Shown: one piece after another, positions 38,801-48,923 of the stretch
Layout of the letters: each line of letters begins with the position of its first letter
Numbering within the stretch: the first letter of the stretch is position 1
Origin: a virus
Lineage: Duplodnaviria > Caudoviricetes
DNA length: 64,000 nucleotides
Virus record (IMG/VR): IMGVR_UViG_2925307165_000003
Location: 6,264 to 70,263 of that record
Strand: one strand, 5' to 3'
Position numbers and translations under genes: made by a program
Notes under the pieces: model-generated
The model's input: the letters and a program-made list of their open reading frames with translations, nothing else
The model's database searches: none
What the model was told of the DNA's origin: nothing

Positions 38801-41090
38801 ATCGTCAGCATTTAATACAAAAGTAGCTACCGACGAAAGATTATCTGCCTATCAAATTGAAGCAGATGCTATTAAGAGCTTGGCACAGCTAAAGGCTCAG
38901 TTAAATGGTAGTAAGGCTATCACAGGAGATAACGTTACTCAAACTGGAGACGATCTCAAATACTTTAAATCACAGTTTAGAGAAGCGGGTATTGCTCAAG
39001 CAGCAGCAGAAGCGGAAATTCAGAGCATTATTGATGATTACGATACAGCGTCTAAAGTTTACGATGATAAAATAGCTGCACTTAGCAGTATGTATCAAGA
39101 TCCATCCTTTGGTGTATCTTCTAGTAAAAATTCTAAAGATAAAAGTGGTAGTAAGGATAAATCAAAATCATCAAATGCAGAAAAGGCAGAAAAGGCAGCA
39201 AAAGAAGCGGCTGCTGCACGCAAGGAAGCATATGATGAGGAAATGGATAACTTCCAGTATGTAGCAGAACGGCAAGGTTGGTCCATAGAACAACAGATTT
39301 CTGGTTACGAGCGACTTAAGAATCGTCATAAGCAATACCTTGCCGAAGATAAAGATGCCTTAAAAGAATGGACTAGAGACATTCAGGCACTTAATGATAG
39401 TAGGTACAACGAAGATGTTTCGATTCTTGAGAAGAAAATCGAAAAAATGAGACAGGCAAATCTCCAAGAAGTCGAAATGGTGAAGACATCACTTAATTTT
39501 TATAATAAAGAGTTGTCGAAGTCTTATTTAACTACAGAACAAAAAGCGGAAGCTCAAAAACAAGTATTTGATCTGACGGTGAAATACAATGAGCTTCGTT
39601 ACCAAAATTCCCAGACATGGATTGATAAAGAAGCCACTAAGATGGAGATGGCTGGAAAAAGTAAGATTAATATCATCACAATGGAACTACAAGCCTATGA
39701 ACGCATGGCAAAAGATAAAAATCGAACTGCCGAGCAGAGCCTTGCGTTAGAAAAGCTGATTTACGAGCAAAAGAAAAGCTTGCTTGAGCAACAATATTCT
39801 GACTTTCAAAAGGATTTGAACTATAGAAAGGCTATGGGTCAGACTACTACCGAAAGTGAATTGCAGGACTGGTTGAAAATTCAGGCTATTTATCGTGTTG
39901 GTACAGATCAACGGATGGAAGCAGACGAACAAGTCTATGCATTACGTCAGAAGCTGATCGAAGACGAAACCAAGACCGTTGAGACGCTAGCCAAAAACTA
40001 TAAGACGAGCATCGAATCATCTAAAAGTGCTGCTATTAAAGCAATAGAGGCAGAGCGGGATGCTTATGTTGCTGCGAAGGATGCTGAGATCCAAGCTATT
40101 GATGATTTACTTAGTAAGCAACAGGAATTAAATGAAGACCAAGACTACGAGAGTGCACTAGCAGAGAAACAAGCTAGATTAGCTTTGCTTGCCTCAGCCG
40201 TAGGACCGGATGGAATCGCGGAACGGAAACAGGTTCAAAAAGACATTGAGAAGTTGCAACTCGATCATGAGCGCACCTTAGCTAAGAGAAGCCTGGAAGA
40301 GCAGAAGCAAGCCCTTCAAGATGAAAAGGACGCTAAGAAGGAAGCCTATGACAAGGACATCGAAGCTACTAAAACACATTACGATGAGTTGCTCCAAGCA
40401 CTTGAGGACTTTTCTTCCGATACTGCCAACCGCGCGGAATTGATGAAAAACATCCAAGTACTGAAGGAATCCGAGAAGAATGCCGAGATATTAGCTCAGT
40501 TGGATCAGTTTATCGCAGACTATCAATCAAAGATGAGCGCTATTACTGCACTAACATCTACTGTGAGCGGATCTACAACCTCTTTATCAGTAGGTGGTGC
40601 TTCTAAGAGGGATTTAGATTTAATCGAGTACAACGCCAATAAGGATGCTTGGACAGCCGCCAAATCTTCAGGAAATGCAACAGAAGCGGCTAGGCTAACG
40701 GCGAGAAATGAAGAATTGCGTAAATTGTATGGAATAACAAAGGATACCGGGAAATTGCAATCATTCCATACCGGTGGTGAAGTCAAAGGTGATTTCAAAG
40801 GGCAAGAAGTTATTGTAAAGGCTAAGGTTGGTGAGAGATTTTACACTGAACAGCAGCATGACAATCTTTTTAAAATGCCGGAATTCAAAATGCCTTCAAT
40901 AAACTACTCCTTACCTCAATTTTCAATGCCAGCAGCGTCAGGAGGATCTGGACTCGGGCATGATATCCGTAGCGACGTTGCAGTCAATATGGGAGATATT
41001 TATATTGCGGATGATTCTACAGCGAGGGTGTTTTGGACTGAGAAAGATAACTTTGTACGTAGGTCACAATCAAGAATGGGGGCAAAATAA
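35877..41090 (+). CDS. Tail tape measure protein (TP901-like core)
   Basis: 1737 aa helical, Ala/Glu/Lys-rich with central hydrophobic segments; GSVAGNAIKSF core. Confidence 0.93.
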   Translation: MAMADNKDVVGARISLDTSKMIPAFKAIDQGVKGNAETFKVLNQEITVTTKNYTALATASNKLALTSEERRKKIMAESEALVKQRTAQTELIQTKKSQMEQANKLVDAKMAAQEAIIRKRYDAIEQQEREHQKRMETLQNKATASALKLTTGSSSSTGTDSTRERVLMQEQAIRQKIAQLAERESQQSQKYAANYEKFWLNALQARERKETQVREKALQEEQRIRRSLTQTQTQINGITGTAAQFAMTGTLYYAFTRGATEAISLLKDFEYELVNVQRVMGESADVGYVKDSMISSAKEYGYALREVASVYTLIAQNGFDEKQTEQLARTALMAKNVEQSFQSASQAQELMTGAILNYGMAAEDSEKLLDKLNEVSNNFPTTSKKLLEGINRVGATAKNAGVDIDELIGYLTTLNQAGFSGSVAGNAIKSFISFSSRPIAVDKLEKYVGVMKQANGDMMKFPELLSKIAAQWDNLSDVERSEITQAIARGDQASRFIALMNNYSKVMDVAKVSEESFGSAQRENNLTMTTLTKQSEQLRASWDELIISIGDSGLLGGLKLIVGQATILLDGFNHLPGPIKNTVTSILLLGGAITVLNTGARILTGQTLVSLVTGVAAAAKGMLGMKVATDAANISQKAFIATPIGAALTAITLVVGAATTAWAYYKGTQSQVNDETLQQNRKTAELVARYDELKSIVDDNTKSDKEVSAAKSELANVMDRLSATMPGLVSQWDELGNAKELDIQKIEEWKTRYSESIKIVEQANLDAATKRKAELEQEIAYTDLAIKNASESDLSLVDKVLGKTVQTLREMWGNEMISLGTELSQEEQKIHASKSAIDALNGVTEASVAANSRLATAAADSADSMESYSDSTDAASLSTEELSDEVKALIKAQEEWASTVKGNSQTVSELNGVLDELAKGQSLNASNATDLINKYPELASAIYKTADGWAFETDAVNNLRKMKIQKAIDDLNSEKSSAFNTKVATDERLSAYQIEADAIKSLAQLKAQLNGSKAITGDNVTQTGDDLKYFKSQFREAGIAQAAAEAEIQSIIDDYDTASKVYDDKIAALSSMYQDPSFGVSSSKNSKDKSGSKDKSKSSNAEKAEKAAKEAAAARKEAYDEEMDNFQYVAERQGWSIEQQISGYERLKNRHKQYLAEDKDALKEWTRDIQALNDSRYNEDVSILEKKIEKMRQANLQEVEMVKTSLNFYNKELSKSYLTTEQKAEAQKQVFDLTVKYNELRYQNSQTWIDKEATKMEMAGKSKINIITMELQAYERMAKDKNRTAEQSLALEKLIYEQKKSLLEQQYSDFQKDLNYRKAMGQTTTESELQDWLKIQAIYRVGTDQRMEADEQVYALRQKLIEDETKTVETLAKNYKTSIESSKSAAIKAIEAERDAYVAAKDAEIQAIDDLLSKQQELNEDQDYESALAEKQARLALLASAVGPDGIAERKQVQKDIEKLQLDHERTLAKRSLEEQKQALQDEKDAKKEAYDKDIEATKTHYDELLQALEDFSSDTANRAELMKNIQVLKESEKNAEILAQLDQFIADYQSKMSAITALTSTVSGSTTSLSVGGASKRDLDLIEYNANKDAWTAAKSSGNATEAARLTARNEELRKLYGITKDTGKLQSFHTGGEVKGDFKGQEVIVKAKVGERFYTEQQHDNLFKMPEFKMPSINYSLPQFSMPAASGGSGLGHDIRSDVAVNMGDIYIADDSTARVFWTEKDNFVRRSQSRMGAK

Positions 41091-41894
41091 TTGATTGCAG
41101 CAACAGCGGATGGAGTTTCGTTTGCGAGTATCGGGCTGGGGCTGAAATCTCATAATATCCCTGTCTTGCCGCCAACGAAGGACAATACAATTGAACTGGC
41201 TGATCGTGACGGAGCGTTAGACTTCGGTAGCACCTACGGCCCTAGACCATTCAATCTTGAGTGCATAATAATGGCCGATGATCCTACATTAGATTACCAA
41301 AGAAGAGTCGCTCTTGTAGCGGCTCTTTTTAACATCCAAAAAGGAGATATTGTATTTACCTTTGAAGATCACCCGGGAAAAAGATTTATAGGTAGATACG
41401 CAGGGACGATGGATATCACAAAGCTGATTTTTGATGGAGAGGTTTCAATCCCCATCAAGATGAACAATCCATATCCTGAATCAATCCAGGATACAACCGT
41501 TCGTGAATATGGACAAGGATTGGTATATGGGCAAGGGTATTCGTACAGCGATTATGCAATGTGGATCAGTACAAGTGGTCAGAACGTCGTCGTTCGGAAT
41601 GAGGGCACCGTTAAGGCTTTCCCGATCATTCGAATTAGTGGGGCGTTCTCAAATTTCAGTCTTTCCGATGGACTATCCACACTCATACTATACGGCACGA
41701 GCAGTGCTTCAGATGTGTGGGAGATTAATTGTGATCCAGATGAATGCACAGTTTTCCTCAATGGACAAAACGCTTATTCAAGAAGTAATTCAGTTTTCTT
41801 TAAACTAAAACCAGGGGATACATTATTTACAGTAAGTGGCAGTTCGTTATCGCTGAATCTCGCATTTATTTTTAGGTACAAATATCTCTATTGA
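41091..41894 (+). CDS. Distal tail protein (Dit)
   Basis: After tape measure; DRDGALDFGSTYGPR, NEGTVKAFPII, FFKLKPG. Confidence 0.82.
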   Translation: MIAATADGVSFASIGLGLKSHNIPVLPPTKDNTIELADRDGALDFGSTYGPRPFNLECIIMADDPTLDYQRRVALVAALFNIQKGDIVFTFEDHPGKRFIGRYAGTMDITKLIFDGEVSIPIKMNNPYPESIQDTTVREYGQGLVYGQGYSYSDYAMWISTSGQNVVVRNEGTVKAFPIIRISGAFSNFSLSDGLSTLILYGTSSASDVWEINCDPDECTVFLNGQNAYSRSNSVFFKLKPGDTLFTVSGSSLSLNLAFIFRYKYLY

Positions 41895-41910
41895 GAGGGG
41901 GACTATAAAT

Positions 41911-44900
41911 ATGTCATTTAACCGTAGAACGATAACTAAAGAACTTGATATGGCAAATTTGAATAAACACAACGATAATTATGCTGATATTGAAACGACC
42001 TTGGATGCACATGATGTTGCTGTGGGCGACTTTAATGCGCATATCGCCAATGGGAATCTTCATACCACATTAGCCGAGAAGACCAAGCTGGCGGGGATCA
42101 CGACCGGAGCTGGTGGGGCTGGATCTGCTACAGACACCGTGATAGGAAACCGAACTATTGCGGATACCACAGCTCCGACAGGAGACACCGGAACTATTAC
42201 AACCCTGCTGGGCTGGCTGTCCAACATGATCAAAGCAATCACCGGCAAGTCATCCTGGCGTACAGCCCCGGCTACTACGCTGGAGGCAGCTAATACACAC
42301 ATGAACAACAGTGATCTGCATACAAGTGTTGCGGAGCATACCAAGCTGGCGGGTATTCAGGCTGGTGCGGAAGTCAATCAGAAAGCATTTTCTCAGGTCA
42401 ATAATATCCCTGCTGGAGATAAGTCAGACACGCTCACAGTTACTGGTGGTACAGGGATCACAGTAACGAATAACCCAGCTACAAAGACTATGATTGTAAC
42501 AGCAACAGGAACCGCTGCTCCTGGCGCTCATGCATCCAGTCATTTAACTGGTGGATCTGATCCTATTCCTGTTGCAACAACTACAGCACCGGGGCTTATG
42601 AGTGCAGACGACAGAAAGAGAATGGATACCGAAGCTACTACAGCAGTCATCCTATCAGCTGGTCAGCAAATCTTAAACGCAACAAAGAACGCTAGACTAC
42701 AAGGATTAAAGGTACAGGGTAGGACGTTGATAGATTTACTTGGTGGGGCTGGGAGTGGAGAGAGTTTAACGGGATGGTCTGTGTCCGGCGGGGCTTCAAT
42801 TTCAACTGAAATGCTAAAGAGCGGAGTGTCATCTTTTAAATTTACATCCACGTCCGCAGCCGCTTATATAATTCGGGATTTTCCGGTTAGTCTAGATAGC
42901 ACTAAATATTATATCCTCGCTTGCTGGGTTTATATCCAGTCATATACTAGCGGAACGATTAGAGTTACGTTGAGAGACTACAACACGGTAACAACGAGGT
43001 ACACTGCAAATGCAGATACATCAATTACGGGGAAGTGGCAATTAATATATCTTAAAGTGCCTATCTCAAATACATTGGTGGGTAGTGGGTTCCGCGTTAT
43101 TGCTGGAATGGAAGTACCACCTGTAGCAGCTACAGTTTATATTGATGAGGTCCGCCTATACGCCGTATCCGCAGCAGATTACGCCGCCATAGGAACCACA
43201 ATCACAGGCGAAGCTATAGACCGTCTCTTACCTTATGTACCTCCAGGTATTAATGGAGTAGATGGACTCTATGTGCGGCGATATGGTAGGAATCTCTACA
43301 ACGGTGGTATTGCAAGCACTTTAACGGGCGTAAGTTATATTGAAAATGATTCTAATAGCGTTTCAGTAACGTCAGATGCAAATGGATTTCGATATGCAAC
43401 AACAAAGAAATATCCTGTTTTACCTAACACGAGCTATACGTTATCTTACGTTGCTTCAATTATTTCAGGGACAGACGCACCAGTCATATCCGTGCGAAAA
43501 GGCAGTGACGGAACGGGAATATCCTCAGGAGTAAGTGGGACAGGGTTAAAGTCTGTAACGTTCAATACTGGGGCGGAAACGGAGGTTCAGTTCTTACTCT
43601 ATGCTTCCTACAATACCTCAGCAGTCCAAACGAAGCGCTACGACAATATTCAACTCGAAATCGGCAGCACGGTCACCCCGTTCCAGCCACGTGAAGACTC
43701 TCTTATTGCCTTTGGTGGAGTAGAGTTACACGCTAACCCAAATGACGGCAGTGAACCGGATATACTGCGTGAGGTTAACGGACGGTATGAGGTAACGAAG
43801 TTATGGCGTGAGATCACGCTGTCAGGACTGCAAGATTGGACAGTGCTCAGCACACATACAGGTTATAAACGACTAAGAGCATTGGGGATAGCGCCAACAC
43901 TTTCGGACTCTTCTATATCGGCGTTAGTGAAATTTGATGGGAAGGTGTTAACTCAAACTTTCAGTGATGTTCCATCTTCGGCAGCAGCAGACGTTTATCG
44001 TACCTCAGCATCCGGAAATACAACAGTCACTGTTTCCTCTACTGACTCCGGTTGGGGAGACTCCTATACCCCGAGTACTGACGAGATAAAGGCTTATTTT
44101 AACGGTTACCAAATGGGTAGCGTGTCAGGGGCAACGTTTACTACTCCGTATATCAGTGGTACAAAAGCATGGCGATTTGTAATGGGAGATACCTCTACAG
44201 GAACGAGCACCTTGCCTACAGACCAAAACTACGGACATGTAGGATGGAAACCTTATCAACTCCTATACCGCCTAGCAACTCCTGTAACTGAAACAGTGCA
44301 GGAGGATGGCAGCCTATCACTAATTGAAGGAGATAACTTTATAGAGGTAGGTAATGGGTATGTATCACGTGAGCGTGCAACCCCGGTATGGGAATCAACA
44401 GGGAATAAGTACCACCTCAATAACGCGGGGCTGATTGGAAACACCCTAAAATACAGAGCGGATAAGATACTGCGTATTTTTAGGGATAGCAGACAAGACG
44501 ACAGATGGACGGTCCTTGATTTTGTCTCAGCCTTCGGAAAACAGTTAGCTACTATTCCAGCAGCAGACTACGATCCTAGCGCCTCTTACAGTGTCTCTTA
44601 CATTAAACTGGATAAATCCCCTGTACCGGGAGTTACTGGCTTTTACGCAGCCACTGAGAAGGGACAGTTGCATGATTTAACCGACGCAGTGACAGAGATA
44701 AGCTCAACCGTTAGTGCGTTAGCCGCCAAGAAAGCAGAGAAAGACACTCCTGCATGGTTATACCCTACATTGCTTAATGGATGGGTACAATTCACCTCAA
44801 TTATCTCTAGTGCTAGTTTCTACAAAGATAGTTTTGGAATAGTACATGTTAGAGGAACCGTTAGTAGTGGAGTGAGTGCGGCTGATACTCTGTTATTTAT

Positions 44901-45081
44901 GTTACCTGTAGGATATCGCCCTGCTATCCAGACTGTAGTAACTGCATCATCGTCTAACGGAACTGCGATGTCTACAGGTATTATGGATATCACTACAAGC
45001 GGTAGAGTAAGTTTAGGAGCCTCAGGCGGAGTTTTCTATAACGGTTTATTAGTTTTAGATTTCAGTTTTTCAACAGTATAA
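41911..45081 (+). CDS. Tail fibre / receptor-binding protein with carbohydrate-binding-like domains
   Basis: 1056 aa Thr/Ser/Gly-rich; repeated H....EKTKLAGI; C-terminal PTLLNGW...GIVHVRG...LPVGYRP. Confidence 0.8.
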   Translation: MSFNRRTITKELDMANLNKHNDNYADIETTLDAHDVAVGDFNAHIANGNLHTTLAEKTKLAGITTGAGGAGSATDTVIGNRTIADTTAPTGDTGTITTLLGWLSNMIKAITGKSSWRTAPATTLEAANTHMNNSDLHTSVAEHTKLAGIQAGAEVNQKAFSQVNNIPAGDKSDTLTVTGGTGITVTNNPATKTMIVTATGTAAPGAHASSHLTGGSDPIPVATTTAPGLMSADDRKRMDTEATTAVILSAGQQILNATKNARLQGLKVQGRTLIDLLGGAGSGESLTGWSVSGGASISTEMLKSGVSSFKFTSTSAAAYIIRDFPVSLDSTKYYILACWVYIQSYTSGTIRVTLRDYNTVTTRYTANADTSITGKWQLIYLKVPISNTLVGSGFRVIAGMEVPPVAATVYIDEVRLYAVSAADYAAIGTTITGEAIDRLLPYVPPGINGVDGLYVRRYGRNLYNGGIASTLTGVSYIENDSNSVSVTSDANGFRYATTKKYPVLPNTSYTLSYVASIISGTDAPVISVRKGSDGTGISSGVSGTGLKSVTFNTGAETEVQFLLYASYNTSAVQTKRYDNIQLEIGSTVTPFQPREDSLIAFGGVELHANPNDGSEPDILREVNGRYEVTKLWREITLSGLQDWTVLSTHTGYKRLRALGIAPTLSDSSISALVKFDGKVLTQTFSDVPSSAAADVYRTSASGNTTVTVSSTDSGWGDSYTPSTDEIKAYFNGYQMGSVSGATFTTPYISGTKAWRFVMGDTSTGTSTLPTDQNYGHVGWKPYQLLYRLATPVTETVQEDGSLSLIEGDNFIEVGNGYVSRERATPVWESTGNKYHLNNAGLIGNTLKYRADKILRIFRDSRQDDRWTVLDFVSAFGKQLATIPAADYDPSASYSVSYIKLDKSPVPGVTGFYAATEKGQLHDLTDAVTEISSTVSALAAKKAEKDTPAWLYPTLLNGWVQFTSIISSASFYKDSFGIVHVRGTVSSGVSAADTLLFMLPVGYRPAIQTVVTASSSNGTAMSTGIMDITTSGRVSLGASGGVFYNGLLVLDFSFSTV

Positions 45082-45095
45082 AGGAGGGATGAAAA

Positions 45096-45686
45096 TTGAA
45101 ACTAATACCTAGAACAGAGCTGGACGGTCAGTATATAGATGATGTATCAGTGGACGACTCCTTTACTGGGGTCGTCCCTATTTATGCCCAGCCAGAGCCA
45201 GAAGAAGCGCCAGATCTGCCGGAAGACAGGGAGATCGAAGATGAGGCGGACGTATCCAAAGAACCAGAACAGCCAAGAGAGATCATCGGCTATCTCGTAG
45301 GCATTACGTTGCCGAACGGGTTGTATCATCCGCGATTTGATCTATTAGCATGGGATGCTTATCAGGACGCTGTACTAGAGGCACAGAGCGACTATGCCGA
45401 CGAGCTACACGATTGGCGGGAGCGATGGGCGGAGGGAGAGGAACAAGGTCCTGAGCCAGTTTATACACCTCCTGCACAGCCTGATAACCTATGGATCGAG
45501 GGATTAACACCAGAAGAGATTGCGGAGTTGACGAAGCCCGGGGATCAGACGGAGCTCGAACAACTACGTGCCGAGAATACAGAACTCAAGCTTGCTCTAA
45601 CGGAACTTGCTGAAGCTCAAGAAGCTGATAAAACAGAGATGCAACTAGCACTCGCTGAAATCGCTGGTTTGATTGGAGGTGAGTAA
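45096..45686 (+). CDS. Tail fibre-associated protein
   Basis: Acidic, GLYHPRFD..W, C-terminal coiled coil. Confidence 0.65.
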   Translation: MKLIPRTELDGQYIDDVSVDDSFTGVVPIYAQPEPEEAPDLPEDREIEDEADVSKEPEQPREIIGYLVGITLPNGLYHPRFDLLAWDAYQDAVLEAQSDYADELHDWRERWAEGEEQGPEPVYTPPAQPDNLWIEGLTPEEIAELTKPGDQTELEQLRAENTELKLALTELAEAQEADKTEMQLALAEIAGLIGGE

Positions 45687-45687
45687 T

Positions 45688-45795
45688 GTGGCTAAAGTAT
45701 ATTTTGATTTGATCCAAAAGGATTTAAAGACAATCGACGATGTTCCACTACGATGGAAGAGTGGCGTACAAGAGTTATTAGATAGTGCCACATAG
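45688..45795 (+). CDS. Small CD1375/XkdX-type protein (not in ORF track)
   Basis: GGAGGTG SD; MAKVYFDLIQKDLKTIDDVPLRWKSGVQELLDSAT. Confidence 0.75.
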   Translation: MAKVYFDLIQKDLKTIDDVPLRWKSGVQELLDSAT

Positions 45796-45808
45796 CAGGC
45801 GTTTATTT

Positions 45809-45842
45809 TGCCCTCGGAGCTGCTTCGGGGGCTATTTTTTTT
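45809..45842 (+). terminator. Intrinsic terminator
   Basis: GCCCTCGGAGC/GCTTCGGGGGC plus T-tract. Confidence 0.75.
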
Positions 45843-45882
45843 GATAAGGAAAATTTTCCTTGGCTAATAAGGAGGTTAAGAG

Positions 45883-48069
45883 TTGGATTTCTTGGAATCT
45901 TACGATAAGAATATGGTGGCAATAGGGTCTTTAGTAAAATCCTATGATGTTACCAGAAAACGCCGTATAAACTCAGATTACGAGTTGTCTTTTTTGGTCC
46001 CGATGAATTCACGAGACTACTTAGAGAAAATATTGATCAAAGGTCATGTCAAAGATGAGCGCGGTCAGTTCTATGTGATTAATAGCCGGTCTCGGGTTCG
46101 AGAAGATCGAAAACTCACAGCGTCTATCATGTGCACACACGTAATGTTCAAGCTAACCGATTTCAAGTTCCCATACGTTTCCTACATCGCTGAAGCGTAT
46201 GGTGTGCATATTTCGCAACTTACAAATCTCATCTCTGCCGCAACCGGCGGACGTTTTACATTTGCCATTGATGATGCATTTGATCTTTGCGATGTTAAAG
46301 ATTTCGGCCAAGGGAACTGCCTTCAGGCACTAAACAAGGTCATTGAAATGTATGGATGCGAGATAGAGGCGGATAACTTTGTCATTCGCCTCAAGAAGCA
46401 AATTGGTAAAGATGAAGGCATGCAATATCGTATACAGAAAAACATTGTTTCAGATCAATTTAAAGATGATGCTTCTTCGCTTGTGACACGCCTATTTTGC
46501 CAAATGAAGGATGGTAGAACTTGGATAGGTCAACCTGCATCGATCCTCACCAACGAAGAGAGAACACTGCTGGAGTCTGTGCCAGGGGCAATTGTTAACG
46601 GAATTCTGCAAGTTAATTATCTTATCTCTCCATTTGCTGCGAGCTGGGGGAGTAATTCGGTGCCGTATTTCGATGGGGAAATAATAGAGCAAGATATTGA
46701 AGAAGTTTCGGATCTGCTGGAAGCTGGTAGAAAGACATTGAGGGAGAAGGAGATTCCTAGCTTTGAAGTCACTGCGGATAGCGCAGACTTGTACAAAATT
46801 AGAAGCAATGCGGTGAAACCAGACCTCGGGGATACCGCCTATTGCTATGATCCAGATATCGGGCTAGTTAACCTTAAATCTCGGATCATGGAATTGACGG
46901 AATACCCATATACAAAGGAAAAGCATGCTCAGGCAGTATTATCTAATGTTGAAGTTAAAGACATGGATGATATTATTGCTGATTTGGATAAGAGCAAAAA
47001 GCTTGTAGACAACCTTTATTCTAATGGCAGAATTCGAACTGAACTGTTTGAAGCAGTGGCAAAGCAAGTCATTACAGATATTAATAACTCAAAAACAGAA
47101 TTGATATATCCACCTGACGGGGGAATATTGGCGCAAGAAAAGACAAATCACCTTGAACAAGTCAGACTCACTTCCAAAGGTTTAGGTATCTCAACTGATG
47201 GATGGAATTCGGTACGATCAGCAGTGACAGCACGTGGCGTTTTAGCTGAAACTGTAATTGGACAGTTTGGTAGCTTTGTATCAATGTTGATCGGAACTGG
47301 AAATGCCGTCACTCAAATCAATACCAATGGTATAGCAGCGGGACACTCAAACTTTAATGAAGCGCCCTTTCGAGTAGATATGGTTGGTAACTTGGTAGCT
47401 AATAAATTGACGGCAAACTATGCCTCAATAGCGAATTCTAACTTTTCTGGCGGGGCTATTGTGGGATCATCCATCAATGTAGGAAACGGCAAATTTGTAG
47501 TTAATTCCTCGGGCAGTGTTTATGCAGCTGATGGAACATTCCAAGGAACCATAAATGCTAAAGGTGGAAGTTTTGAAGGGACAATTTATGCTGGTGGGGA
47601 AATCGTTGGAGGGATTATTACAGGTGCTCTTCTAAGAACGAGTGCGATCGGAGAAAGAGTAGAGATGAGTTCGGGAGGATTAAGATCTTATGACTCCAAT
47701 GGAGTTAAGCGTGTAACGATCTCAAACGATGGTTTACACAAATATTCAGGTATTGGTTTTTGGTCGCCAAGTGGAATAGAGAGAGCTGGGATGTATGCTG
47801 AAGAATATCTTTCATTTCTATATGCTCAGGGACCACTTCAAATACTCTCTTTTGAAGATCGGGTGTTCTTTGCTGGTTCAGTTGATTTTTCAAGTGCTAA
47901 TGTATACGGACTGAAGATATCAAGTATACAAGATCTGGAAACGACTATAAATTCCAAAGCAAGCTTGAATTCTGCTGCATCAAATATGACGTTTGATACT
48001 ACAAGTCGGAATCTTAAGTTATGGAGTGCTACAGGTGCATTACTTGCTCAAGTCAATATTCCTAAATAA
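45883..48069 (+). CDS. Tail spike/baseplate hub (Tal-like minor structural protein)
   Basis: INSDYELSF, YRIQKNI, LVTRL, LGDT N-domain; Gly-rich beta repeats at C-terminus. Confidence 0.82.
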   Translation: MDFLESYDKNMVAIGSLVKSYDVTRKRRINSDYELSFLVPMNSRDYLEKILIKGHVKDERGQFYVINSRSRVREDRKLTASIMCTHVMFKLTDFKFPYVSYIAEAYGVHISQLTNLISAATGGRFTFAIDDAFDLCDVKDFGQGNCLQALNKVIEMYGCEIEADNFVIRLKKQIGKDEGMQYRIQKNIVSDQFKDDASSLVTRLFCQMKDGRTWIGQPASILTNEERTLLESVPGAIVNGILQVNYLISPFAASWGSNSVPYFDGEIIEQDIEEVSDLLEAGRKTLREKEIPSFEVTADSADLYKIRSNAVKPDLGDTAYCYDPDIGLVNLKSRIMELTEYPYTKEKHAQAVLSNVEVKDMDDIIADLDKSKKLVDNLYSNGRIRTELFEAVAKQVITDINNSKTELIYPPDGGILAQEKTNHLEQVRLTSKGLGISTDGWNSVRSAVTARGVLAETVIGQFGSFVSMLIGTGNAVTQINTNGIAAGHSNFNEAPFRVDMVGNLVANKLTANYASIANSNFSGGAIVGSSINVGNGKFVVNSSGSVYAADGTFQGTINAKGGSFEGTIYAGGEIVGGIITGALLRTSAIGERVEMSSGGLRSYDSNGVKRVTISNDGLHKYSGIGFWSPSGIERAGMYAEEYLSFLYAQGPLQILSFEDRVFFAGSVDFSSANVYGLKISSIQDLETTINSKASLNSAASNMTFDTTSRNLKLWSATGALLAQVNIPK

Positions 48070-48137
48070 GATTGAAACTTTTATCTCTTTATGGCGATAA
48101 TAGACATATGAAATCTTTACCAAGGAGAGTGAGTTTT

Positions 48138-48671
48138 ATGAAGAAATTTATATCTGGAGTTATCGTCGGGGCCTTACTATTTGGAGCAGTACCAACATTT
48201 GCAGCAAGCGGGTTGCTTGGACAAAAAGTCCAGGGTATATTCACGGTAGAAAAAAATGGCACTAAACTTGCTGATGCTGTTGTGATTAATGGCTCAGCTT
48301 ATGCGCCTGTTCGTGCTGTGGCTGAAGCGTCTGGAGTAAATCTCAAAGTAGAAGGGAAGAAAATAATTATGTTATCGGAATCTTCTGAAAGTATTTCTGA
48401 AGAGAATAGTGTGAAAATCAGTACATTAAAAGCCACTATTACAAACCTTGAAAGCAACATAGAAATCACAACTAAAGGTGAATTGGCTTCTTCAGAAGCT
48501 AATTTAATTGCCGCTAAAGAATCTGATAATGGAACACCAGAAAGTGCTTTAGTAATATCTAGTCTTGAGCAACGGATTAAAGAAAGTAAGGCATACATTG
48601 CAGAACAACAGAAACTAATTGATCAAGCAAATGCAGAAATAGAGAAACTAAAGGGTCAATTAAAGCCTTAA
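48138..48671 (+). CDS. Secreted protein (signal peptide, copper-amine-oxidase-N-like motif, coiled coil)
   Basis: MKKFISGVIVGALLFGAVPTFAA; INGSAYAPVRAVAEASG. Confidence 0.75.
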   Translation: MKKFISGVIVGALLFGAVPTFAASGLLGQKVQGIFTVEKNGTKLADAVVINGSAYAPVRAVAEASGVNLKVEGKKIIMLSESSESISEENSVKISTLKATITNLESNIEITTKGELASSEANLIAAKESDNGTPESALVISSLEQRIKESKAYIAEQQKLIDQANAEIEKLKGQLKP

Positions 48672-48923
48672 GACCGTAGTGTGAAAGTATTAAAGCAGTG
48701 CTATTCTATAACTAAGAAGGTCTCTCCTAAGGAGGGGCCTTTATTTGTGTATCTTAAAAAGTCAAATTCGTACTTGTAAACAATTTGAGTTGTTTGGGCT
48801 ATAATTAATTAATGACATAACCGTAGCGAACAAGTACCAAAACACATATAAGCTTGATAGTAGAAAGCCTTCGATAACTCGGAGGCTTATTTTCATGTCC
48901 AAAATTGAACGGAGGAACTATTG

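Noticed and set aside
41911-48069. Diversity-generating retroelement or invertible tail-fibre cassette
   Set aside because: No reverse transcriptase or invertase, and no template/variable repeat pair seen
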